Origin: Anolis carolinensis
Taxonomy: Eukaryota
Length of the DNA: 64,000 bases
Direction: 5' to 3'
Assembly: GCF_035594765.1 (NCBI RefSeq)
Contig: NC_085846.1
Coordinates: 30,491,190 to 30,555,189, forward strand
Positions 40,021 through 50,352 of the stretch are shown here, one piece after another (position 1 is the first letter of the stretch; the number at the start of each line of letters is the position of its first letter). Both the position numbers and the translations under genes were made by a program. A model generated the notes under the pieces. That model saw only the letters and a list, made by a program, of their open reading frames with translations, did no database searches and was not told the DNA's origin.

Positions 40021-40254
40021 TTTTTTTGTGTGTCAGGAGCGACTTGAGAAACTGTAAGTCTCTTCTGATGTGAGAGAATTGGCCGTCTGCAAGGATGTTG
40101 CCCAGAGGATGTTTTTTTTTACCATCCTTGTGGGAGGCTTCTCTCATGTCCTCACATGGGGAGCTGGAGCTGACAGAAGGAGCTCACCTGTCGACCTGTC
40201 AGTCAGCAGTCATTCCGGCACAAGGGTTTGATCCATTGTGCCATCAGGGGCTCC
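40021..40254 (-). mobile_element. Vingi-partner SINE
   Basis: Family body; internal deletions. Confidence 0.85.
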
Positions 40255-40279
40255 ATCTTGCTAATAAAGCTCATCTTAG

Positions 40280-40800
40280 GGTCCCCGTAAGTCGCAGTGG
40301 GTTAAACTACTGAGCTGCTGCACTTGCTGACTGAAAGATGGCTGGTTCGAATCCGGGAAGCAGGATGAGCTCCTGCTGTTATTTATTTGTTTGTTTATTT
40401 ACCATATTTATATCCCGTCTTTCTCTACCCCTGGGGGGACTCAAGGCGGCTTACTAACGGCACTACATAGTGCCTAAAGCATAAAAACATGAAATAAATT
40501 AAGCTAAAAATTAAGCATATGTAAAAACATAATTAAGATGCAGTCCAATGTTAAGACAAATCATCCAAAAAGCTGTTAGCCCCAGCTTCTGCCAACCTAG
40601 CAGTTTGAAAACATGAAAATGTGAGGAGATCAATAGGTACTGCTCCGGCGGGAAGGTAACAGCACTCCATGCAGTCATGCTGGCCACACGACCTTGGAGG
40701 TGTCTATGGACAATGCCGGCTCTTTGCCTTAGAATTGGAGATGAGCACCAACCCCCAGAGTCGGACACAACTAGACAATGTCAGGGGAAAACCTTTACCT
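40280..40800 (+). mobile_element. Sauria SINE interrupted by an L2 tail (40382-40571, minus strand)
   Basis: SINE resumes after a 7-bp duplication GCTGTTA (40375-40381, 40572-40578). Confidence 0.88.
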
Positions 40801-41802
40801 AGATCGGATACTTGGAGACATACAACAGCAATGCAACAGAGGGTAAATTATTTACATGAGAGTACATTCCTTCCTTAACAAATCTGCAGAATCCATATGC
40901 TGCCTTTTGTTTGGGTGAAAGGAAAATGCGTTAAGCTCTGTTTGTCATGAATCCTTTGATAGCAGCATGTAAACATATATCCAGTTGTCATGGAGATAGA
41001 AGCCTCTCAAATCCCTAACAATAAGTGAAAGGGCTTTCACCAGTTTATATGTAAATCAACCATGATACTTAACTGGCAGGGGAAAAAGATGGATTCTACC
41101 TAACACATTTACCTTTATGATGCCTTGTGGAGATTATGCAGGGACCTGAATTGGTACAGCAAAACTGAACAAGTCTAATGGTGATGTATCAAAAGAGAAG
41201 ATGAGTGATGGCATGATAACTGAGAGGCAGATTGTAGCGCTGAAAGGATGCAATCAAATTAATGAATGAATCAGAATGGGAGAAGTGCTGTCAGCAAACA
41301 CTCTGAATTATAAGATAAACGTTCTCAAGAACCAAGTGATGAACTTAAAGCTCTACATTTTTATGCATGCTTTCCTAGGGATAAATAGCATTGCATTTTG
41401 CAGGACGGAGTGCTGAGCCAACAGCATGGTGCTGCAACTAAGGAGGCCAGTGCCATTTCGGGCTGTGTCTATAAATGCAGTCAGATGATCTCAAAAAGAT
41501 TGCTTACCATGTCCACCAATTTATTTATCATGTCAGAAGCAAGTTGAGAATATAGATATAATGTATAAAAAAAAACACTAACGAAGTTAAAAACTTGGCA
41601 TTATGCTAAACTTCCTTTGACCAGAAGCTGACCACTTCAAGTGCCTGTGGTGTCGCTGTAAGAAGGTCCTCCATTGTGAATGTGACAGGGCTCAGACCAC
41701 ATTGTAATATGTGGTCTGTGGTTTGCTCTTCTCCACACTCGCATGTCGTGAACTCCACTTTATAGCCCCATTTTTAAAACTGGCTTTGTATCTCATGGTA
41801 CC

Positions 41803-43428
41803 TCACTTTACTTAGGTGATCCTTCGTGGCCTGAGGATGATGGTCCTCCAAGTGTAGTGTCTTGGAAGTGGATGCACAGGTGGCTGTGGAGACCTATTCT
41901 TGACCCGCATGTTCTTCCGTAGTGAAGACATCTGTTTCCAGATGGAAGGCGGTCCCAGTCAGGGTTGGCTTGACGCGCCTTCCTCTTGGCACGTTTCTGT
42001 CATTTGTGCCTCTTCAAATTCCACAGCATTGCTGGTCACAGCTGACCTCCAATTAGAGTGCTCAAGGGCCAGGGCTTCCCAGTTCTGTGTCTATGCCACA
42101 GTTTTTAAGGTTAGCTTTTAGCCCATCTTTAAATCTCTTTTCCTGCACACCAACATTACATTTCCCATTCTTGAGTTGGGAGTATAGCAACTGCTTTGGG
42201 AGACAGTGATCAGGCATTCGGACAACATGGCGAGTCCAGCGGAGTTGATGGCGTAGGAGCATTGCTTTAGGAGCATTGCTTCAGTACTGGTGGTCTTTGC
42301 TTCTTCAAGCATGCAGACATTTGTCCACCTGTCTTCCCATAGAATCATAGAATAGTATAGTTGGAAGAGACCTCATGGGCCATCTAGTCCAACCCCCTGC
42401 TAAGAAGCAGGCAATCGCATTCAAAGCACCCCCAACAGATGGCCATCCAGCCTCTGCTTAAAAGCCTCCAAAGAAGGAGCCTTCACCACAGTCTGGGGCA
42501 GAGAGTTCCACTGCCGAACAGCCCTCACTGTGAGGGAGTTCTTCTTGATGTTCAGGTGGAATCTCCTTTCCTGTAGTTTGAAGCCATTGTTCCATGTCGT
42601 AGTCTGAAGGGCAGCAGAAAACAAGCTTGCTCCCTCCTCCCTATGACTTCCCCTCACATATTTGTACATGGCTATCATGTTTCCTCTCAGCCTTCTCTTT
42701 TGCAGGCTAAACATGCCCAGCTCTTTAAGCCGCTCCTCATAGGGCTTGTTCTCCAGACCGTTAATCATTTTAGTTGCCCTCCTCTGGACACTTTCCAGCT
42801 TGTCAACATCTCCCTTCAACTGCGGTGCCCAAAATTGGACACAGTATTCCAGGTGTGGTCTGACCAAGGCAGAGTAGAGGGGGAGCATGACTTCCCCGGA
42901 TCTAGAAGAGATCTGCAGGATTTTTCAGGGGCAACACTGATGGAATATTTCCAGGAGCTGAGTGTGACGTCTGTAGACAGTCCATGTTTCAGAGGTGTAT
43001 AGCAGGGTTGGGAGGACAATAGCTTTATAGACAAGAACCTTGATATCCTTACGGATGTCCCGTTTCTCAAACACTCTGCTTCATTTGGAGAAATGCAGAG
43101 CTCAGGCGCTGTTGTATTGAGCATCAATGTTGACTTTTGTGGAGAGGTGGCTGCCAAGGTAGCGAAAATGGTCAACATTTTCTAATGTCACACCATTAAG
43201 CTGTATTTCTGGCATTGCAGAAGGATTGGCTGACAACTGCTGGAAGAGCACTTTGATTTTCTTGGATGTTCAATGAGAGGCTGAGCTTCTCATATGCTTC
43301 TTCAAAAGTGTTTAGAGTGGCTTGTAGATCTTCTGAATGCGCACACAGACACCGTTATCATCAGCATATTGGAGTTCTATAACAGATGTTGTTGTGACCT
43401 TGATTTTGGCTTTCAGTCTGCTGAGTGA
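41803..43428 (-). mobile_element. 5'-truncated non-BovB RTE LINE
   Basis: ELQYADDN, QLRWTRHVVRMPD, C-terminal GRTCGSRIGLHSHL; (TAAG)-type tail; flanked by catggtacc/catgtacc. Confidence 0.88.
42340..42906 (-). mobile_element. Young CR1 3' fragment nested in the RTE
   Basis: Open frame [15 protein letters not shown]…; splits the RTE codons LQIS|WEDR with no TSD. Confidence 0.94.
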
Positions 43429-43648
43429 AAGCCAAAACCATGTACCAGAATGCAGTCTGTTCAGCACCTTCCAAGTCGCCCAGTCTTCTGTGTACCCAGA
43501 AGGGAGTTTCTCATCTGGAATCAGTCATTGATTGGGGTTCCAAGGTTTAGCCTGCCACTTTTGGACTCTCGCTTGTTCCTGCGGTGTTCCTGGGAGTATC
43601 TCTCTAGATCTTAGGAAGCTATTTCTTGATTTAAGGCATTGGTTTGCT

Positions 43649-43731
43649 GGATATGAGAGAAGCCTCCTCGCAGGATAGTAACACATGTGGGCATCCCCTG
43701 GGCAACATCTTTGTAGATGGCTGATTCTCTC
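43649..43731 (+). ncRNA. HDV-like (double pseudoknot) ribozyme motif in Vingi 5'UTR, 5' P1 strand truncated
   Basis: AU-GAGAGAA(P2)-GCC(P3)-UCCUCGC…-GGC-AUCCCCU(P1)-GGGCAACA-P4-UGGC-UGA-UUCUCUC(P2'). Confidence 0.75.
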
Positions 43732-44105
43732 ACACGAGAAACAACTTGCAGTATGCAACCAAGCAAACAAACAAATAAACTGACTTTTTCAGGACCAACT
43801 GTGACAATAATCTCAATCAACATCGAAGGCATGTCAGCTGCTGAAGAATAGTTGCTTTATCAACTGTTCTGAAATGTCCACCAATTATATGACAAGAAAG
43901 AATGAATTCCAATTGCAGAGGGTGATCTGGGGTTGCTCCTTCATTTCCATGCAGATGAGCTGCAGAACAAACTGCCTCCAGAGGTAATGTTCAGCCTTGG
44001 GGGTTTTCATAGAAGAGGCTGAGAACTGCTTTATCTTGCAGAAAAGATCATCCATGGAAGAATAATCAGCTCTGCAATTTATTTGTGTGCTTGTGGTTAA
44101 TACTG

Positions 44106-44322
44106 GGTGCATCTACACTGTAGAATTGTAGAAATGTATTTTGACACCACTTTAGCAATAATGGCTCTATGCTGCAGAATCATGAAAGTTGGTTTTGTAA
44201 GATTGTTAGCTTCTCTGCCAAAGAATGCTCATGCCTCACCAAACTAAAACCTCCAGGATTCCATAGCATTGAGCCATGACAATTGAAGTATCAAACTGCA
44301 TTAATTCTACAGTGTAGATGCC
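44106..44322. mobile_element. Palindromic MITE (Harbinger-like)
   Basis: GCATCTACACTGTAGAATT...AATTCTACAGTGTAGATGC inverted termini. Confidence 0.75.
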
Positions 44323-45040
44323 ATGTAACTAATGAGCAATGAGCTGAGTAGTTTCTAATTCAGCCTTCACTTCAACCACAAATTGCTACTAAATCACTTT
44401 TCCCCCTTGAGTTGATATATTTTATTCATTCACTTTCTAATAACAAAGATTTGCCTCTTATGTAACATTTGATGCTTTCCCAATTTTTCCAGACACTTTT
44501 GGCAGTACATTACAATGGCAGCACCTGCCTACTTCATGTGTTACTGTATTGTGTTAAGACATATTCTGTATACAGGTTCAGATCATTTTCTTGCTTGCTG
44601 ATGAATGGGTGGTTAGTTTTGAACAACCTATAATTTTTCTTTGAATAGCCTTTCTTTTTGTATCAGTACTGGTTTCTGTTCCCATAGAGGGGTGATGGCG
44701 CTGATGAGTGCTTTCCTTGCAAGCAAGTTACTTTGATATAGACACAAATTTAAAAAAGAGGGAACAGAGCAAACCTCAGGACAGTATCATCAGCCAATAC
44801 TGTAGATGTGTATAGAAGGCATGGGTCTGCCAATCATAGGACATCATGTCTCAATCTCTTTCCTATCTGAAGAAGATACTGGATTATCAATAGTACATTT
44901 GATTGAGGCCATTTATCAGCTTCAGACCCAATGTTGAAAAGATACTGGAAGCTTTTTTTTCTTCTTTCATTCTTTCCCGAATCTCACAATATTTTTAATC
45001 ATCTGTATTTTGGTTGAGACTTGACACAATAGTTACAAGG

Positions 45041-45390
45041 TTATTTATTTATTTATTACAGCATTTATATTCTGCCCTTCTCATCCCGAAGGTGACTCCG
45101 GGCAGATCACAAAACACATATATGGCAAATATTCAGTGCCATTATACACAGACAGGATGGATAACAGATAGAGGTTTATAGGCATTTCCCATTTTCGGCA
45201 TCCTGGAAGTTGTGTTTGATTCTGACCATGGGGGGGGGGGTGCTGTCGCTCCATCATGTCGAAGAACCCTGTTCACAGACTTCCTCCTTTTTTATCACCA
45301 GCATTTTTCTGGTATTTCCTTTATGGTGCCGTTAAAATACCTCTCTGCTTAAGTGGTACCTATTTATCTACAGCAGCCTGTTTTCAACCT
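45041..45390 (-). mobile_element. Diverged Sauria-SINE/L2-tail chimeric element
   Basis: ggtacctatttatctac core plus L2-type tail; related to 54996-55490. Confidence 0.55.
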
Positions 45391-46365
45391 CACAAATGCT
45401 ATTTCCAGAATGCCTCGATTTGTTGCACTTTGGAAACCTTTCCATTGGGATGATTCCTACCTGAAAAGATGTTTCTGGAAGGATGGCACTATCAGCCAGA
45501 TATTCGATAAATGGAGCTCCATCATCATAATTCTATCCCACAGTGCAGAATTTCAGCCTTTGTTATGTTGCTTTAACATCTACTGACACATGGGCACAAA
45601 GAGGAGCCCTATTTGGGGAATGTTTCCAAGGTCCCCACTACCTTCACTCCACCATCTTCACTCACTGTTATAAGTCCAAAGTGCATTGTGTTAGTCCTCA
45701 TTCACATCACAGAGCCCTTGACTAAATAATTTGCTGACCAGGGAGCGGTGAAAGGGAAGAGCTCAACAGTCTGCCTTTTGGAGAATGGAATGGAATAGTT
45801 GTTCATCTCCTTATGAAGCTGAGTGTCACACATCCCTCCAAGGAATATATTCTGGAAGCTAAAACAAATACTGCTTTTAGAGAACACACTTCAGTTCCCA
45901 GGAGGGAGCCGAAGCTTTTTGCTATACATCAGGCTCTGGCAATAAAATTTGTTACATTTCCAGGACACAGCACCTCTCCATCACAGAATGTGTCAAACGA
46001 TACCTGTCTGCGGCAGTAACCAGGGCAGGTTATGGGGTTGTGTTTTCCCACTCCCCGTTGTGTGGGATGATTGAGCTTTGCCTGGCTCTAGTGACATGTA
46101 TATTCTTGATTTCCCTTGATTTCCCCCTCTCCCTGCCCCTGCAAAGGCTTTCAGCATGCTTTTGACATTTAAGGACAATGAAACGAAACAAAAACAGGAC
46201 ATTAAAATCCAGATTCTGACCTGCTAATCTGGTTAAATTTGGTATTCAGCATGTTTTTAAAGGCCAGTGGGTGTTTTTCTGTAAGCTGTAACACTAGGAC
46301 AAGAGGGACAAGTGACTTTACGGTTGTTGCATGAGCCAGTCAGTCTGCTCTGTGCAACTTTTGCT

Positions 46366-46610
46366 TTTTTATCATGTCAAAAGCTACTTGAGAACATACT
46401 ATAAGTCATTTCTGGTGTGAGAGAATTAGCGTTCTACAGAGATGTTGCCCAGGGGATGCCTAGATGTGTTGTTGGAAAGCTTCTCTCATGTCCCCGCAAG
46501 CTAGAGCTGACAGATGGGAGCTCACCCATCTTGCCGATTCGAACCAGCAACCTCCAGGTCAGCAGTTCAGCCGGCACAAGGGTTTAACCCATTGCACCAC
46601 TGCAGCTCCT
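46366..46610 (-). mobile_element. Vingi-partner SINE
   Basis: 10-bp TSD AACTTTTGCT. Confidence 0.9.
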
Positions 46611-47194
46611 AACTTTTGCTAGAAACCGCTTTTCTCCTTCTGGGATCAATTCCTTGTGAAAAGTCGTGCATTTCTGAAGTATTGAGTGGTGAAGGCAGAC
46701 CATAAGGCTATTCAGCTTGCAGTAGCCATAGACAATCTTTCTAACCAAGCAGGCAGGTTGAAAAGGGAAGGAGGGAGTGATCTTTGCCTGCTACTTTCTC
46801 CCTGACTAATATAAAGAACCTTCATCTGACAGTGAATTGATCTTAGAACAATGCTAAAGTGAAGCTTGATGTATTTTGTGGATTGCTAGGTCCAAAAAAT
46901 TAATTTATCATTAGCTGGGATAAATTTAATTTGTCTAATCTAATTTAATTGCACCTTACACATACTCTATTTCGTAAAAGGAAAAAACCCACAAAATAAT
47001 TAGTGCTTTATTTTAGTTCATTATTTCCAGAGTCTTTTCAAAGATAGATTTTTTGCCATCCCATCTCTTTTGTTCTGTTTATAAAACTAGACAAAGCAGA
47101 AAGTTTTCCTTTCTACCCCACATTATCTCAAGTCTTTTTCATCCTCTTTATGAAGAAACTTATGGATTATGGTAGTAGAATTCAAAGATGTAAA

Positions 47195-47320
47195 ATGTGT
47201 TAGTCTGGATCAGTATGCAAAGGGATTCTGTACCACCTTTGAGACTGAGAAAAAGAAGTTGGCAGCCTAAACTTTCATGGAATTAAGTCTACTTCATCAA
47301 ACAAACGCATGGAGTGATGT
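47195..47320 (-). mobile_element. Old Penelope-like terminal fragment (second family)
   Basis: Minus strand ttgatgaagtagac…catgaaagttt…agtctcaaaggtggtaca. Confidence 0.55.
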
Positions 47321-48065
47321 TCCTAGGAACAGATTTTTATCGCTATGAATGAGCAGGCTGTATGCGTGAATGGCCATAGAAATGCAAAATTTGTGAGTCT
47401 GGTGATGAGGTCACAAGTTCAGTTTTAGCTATGGGATGGCTGTTGCAGGACAAAGCCAGGAGGAACGATGTTGCATTAAGCCAAGTTGAATAGATATCCA
47501 TATGACTAGTGAAAAGAGTTATTGTAGTGTGGTGTGATGCTGGCAGGGAACCAGAAGCTTTGTTTACAGAATTAAATTCCTATATGTTCTAATCTATAGA
47601 AAGAGTGGCAGTGGTGTTTGATTTGGTTTTTTGGCCTTTGTTGTCATGTGCTTTCAAGTCTTCTTTGATTTATTGACCTATTATGGATTTTACTTGGAAA
47701 GTTTGGTACACGAATATAATTTGTTCTCCTCAAAGGCCAAGAGAATGTGACTTTCTCAAGGTCACCCAATGGGTTGCCATGGCTGAGTGGGTCTTTGAAC
47801 CCTGGTCTTCTGGAATCCTATTCCATCACTGAAATAATAAATATTGGCTCCATGCTAAGAGCATCTTGCCCATATTTTCTTATTGCCTGCTTACTGGAAG
47901 AGTGTTTATTTCTCTACAGACTGTATGGAAAGAAGCCAACTACTAAAAAAATTTGGAAGGCCGATGTGGGCTTATGGGCTCTCCATCCAAAATGGATTCT
48001 CTCTGTTTACACATACCATATATGAATAAAATCCCTGCTTCCATTTTCTTTCCTTTCTCCCTCAG

Positions 48066-48145
48066 GTGATATTGGAGGTCAGATGGGCCTTTTTATTGGT
48101 GCTAGTATCCTCACAATTCTGGAAATATTTGACTATATCTATGAG
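48066..48145 (+). CDS. ASIC2: ASIC2 coding exon (80 bp), TM2: (G)[26 protein letters not shown]
   Basis: CAG acceptor, GTAAGT donor; DEG/ENaC TM2 with GAS motif; phase 1 to 0. Confidence 0.97.
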
Positions 48146-49522
48146 GTAAGTTCCAGTCCTTTCTCTACTATGGTGATTATCATATTGCAATGGGCACTTT
48201 AGCGGAATGGAGTGTGTGAACTGGGTTCCTTTGCATTATCCAGCCCATCTCCTTCTCTCATTCCCTCAGCGACATGGTACTTACAACGATTTTCCCATTT
48301 TATATGCCATTTTATTTCACTATTTTATATGATCAGACGTCAGTATCCACCGACTGTGATATGCATAGGAGATCCTGAAACCAAAACCAAGTGGATACCA
48401 AGGGCCTATAATATATTAAATCATAATCTCTTTCATACGCTTTGGGTCCAAACTATCTTTGAGACCGTATCTCCTTCTATGGACTGGTGTCGGTGTTGAG
48501 ATCTGCTGGGGAGGCCCATCTCTTGGTCCCTCCACCATCTTCCCGGGGAGATGGGTACAAATAAAGATTTATTATTATTATTCATCTTCTTTCGTGGGTA
48601 TTGGTTTTCTGCTTCACTCATTCTGCATCCCAAACCCCCTGTCCCCATAACACAACTCTTCTATCTCTTACCTTCATGCCAGAGATGTTGCAACTTGCAA
48701 GATTTGGGAGTGTATTCCAACCCTAGACCCATCCAGAGCTGCTATCCCCCCAAAAATTCTCTGTCCCCTCATTGCCTAAAGATAATGATAAAAAAAATGA
48801 TGCATCACTTCAAGGGATACAGGTTTTTCTTCAAAAGAATGCGTATACATGCTCCGATCCATGCTTGTAAACTAGATGTATAGGGGATGTGTGATAGTCT
48901 GAAGGGGAAAAACTGTACTCTTAAAAGTAAAACTACACATTTGCAGGGGTTTTTTTTAGGGGGCAGGTGATCTTTCTGGGAGAGTGAATTTGTTCCTCCT
49001 CATTTGGTGGAACACATTTGTCTACTTATTCTCAATATTTTCTCTTTCTTGTTTGCACTGCGAGGGATAATGAAATTATGCCTGGAGTGAATAAAGGACG
49101 CTTCTGACCTAGTTCACTTTACATGGTGATCCAGAGGCTCCCTCTCTACTCCTGCTTTTGTGCATCTTAGAAGTGAACACCTGGTTAACAGAGGCTGAAA
49201 GCAGACTGTGTGGGTACCCCATTCACACTGCTTCAAAAGCAAGGAGCTAAGTGCCCAAAACATTGGCACGTGACCATTCCTGAAGCTTTGGCTTCTCCCT
49301 CTTATAATAGGCCCTGCCTGGTTCCCTTTGCTGTGTGCTAGTTCTGTCAGAGCTACTTAGCCAAGGATCTTGTTCAGTGCACTGGGACATCAGCGCCTCA
49401 GTTCAGCAACTGCAAGTCCAGAGAAAGACACAGGACTGTCTTTTCGAAAGACTTTTCAGAGGAGATTTGAGAGGCTTTCATTCATAGGCCTGATTCATGA
49501 GCTGATGTTTTCCCCGCACATA

Positions 49523-50068
49523 CCGTGCTTCCCTAAAAATAGAACATCCCCTGAAAATAAAACCTAATAGAGGTTTGGGTGAATTGCCAAATATAAGACA
49601 TCCCCTAAAAGTAAGACCTAGTAGGACTGAGCCGCCGCTCTGAAGGCACGTGCGGCACAAAGGAGAAGGAGGGAAAGGCATGCATCTTTTCCTTCTTCTC
49701 CTTCGCCTTCCCCGGCGGTGATGACTTCCTTCTACACCTGCGAAGATGAAGGAGGAGCCTTCCTTTACCTCCTCAGGTCGCGACTGCTCCGTTCCGTGCC
49801 CAGGAAGGCAAAGAAGCCGAAGAATATGCACTTTCGGGTTTCCATTTCCCCTTTCAGGTTCCATTTCCCCTTAAAATAGCCCATGTCCTATGGTGCTTGC
49901 CTACTGACTGGGATTACTGTCTATGTTTTAAGTTATTTTAATTTTTATAAGATGTGTTATTATACTGTGATTTCATTGTGTTACTGTTTTTATTGATGTA
50001 ATACTGTTTTGGGCTTGTCCAAGTGTAAGCCACCCTGAGTCCTTCGGGAGATGGAGCGGGGTATAAAG

Positions 50069-50109
<41 letters not shown>

Positions 50110-50352
50110 TACTATTATTATTTTCCCCGTCAGTGGCAACCCCCTTCCCCAGCAGCAACGGCTCCCTCCTCCTCCACCAAGGAAGGAGAAGGAGTTAAAG
50201 GCATGCACCTTTCCCTCCTTCTCCTTCACGCCGCAGGTGCCTTCCTCGGCAGAGGAGAAGAGAGCAAAATAAGACATCCCCGGAAAATAAGACCTAGCGT
50301 TTCTGGAGCAAAATTTAATATAAGACACTGTTTTATTTTCAGGGGAACACGG
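49523..50352. mobile_element. Mariner/pogo-type non-autonomous element with cargo (includes L2 tail + (ATT)n)
   Basis: TA|CCGTGCTTCCCT…AGGGGAACACGG|TA; repeated ataagacatcccc subterminal motifs. Confidence 0.82.

Larger units (their letters stand above)
41522..43873 (-). mobile_element. Vingi LINE with inverted 5' segment, hosting an RTE and a CR1
   Basis: Minus 3' part (41522-41802, ~43430-43652) encodes …TEDWATWKVLNRLHSGT…WGYKV…CECGEEQTTDH; plus segment 43649-43873 is 5'UTR + MQPSKQTNKLTFSGPTVTIISINIEGMS (APE start); 13-bp TSD ATGTCCACCAATT. Confidence 0.85.

Noticed and set aside
44700-44730. CTGATGA followed by a small stem as a hammerhead
   Set aside because: No GAAA after the stem; the same applies to CTGATGA at 191, 27504 and 58800.
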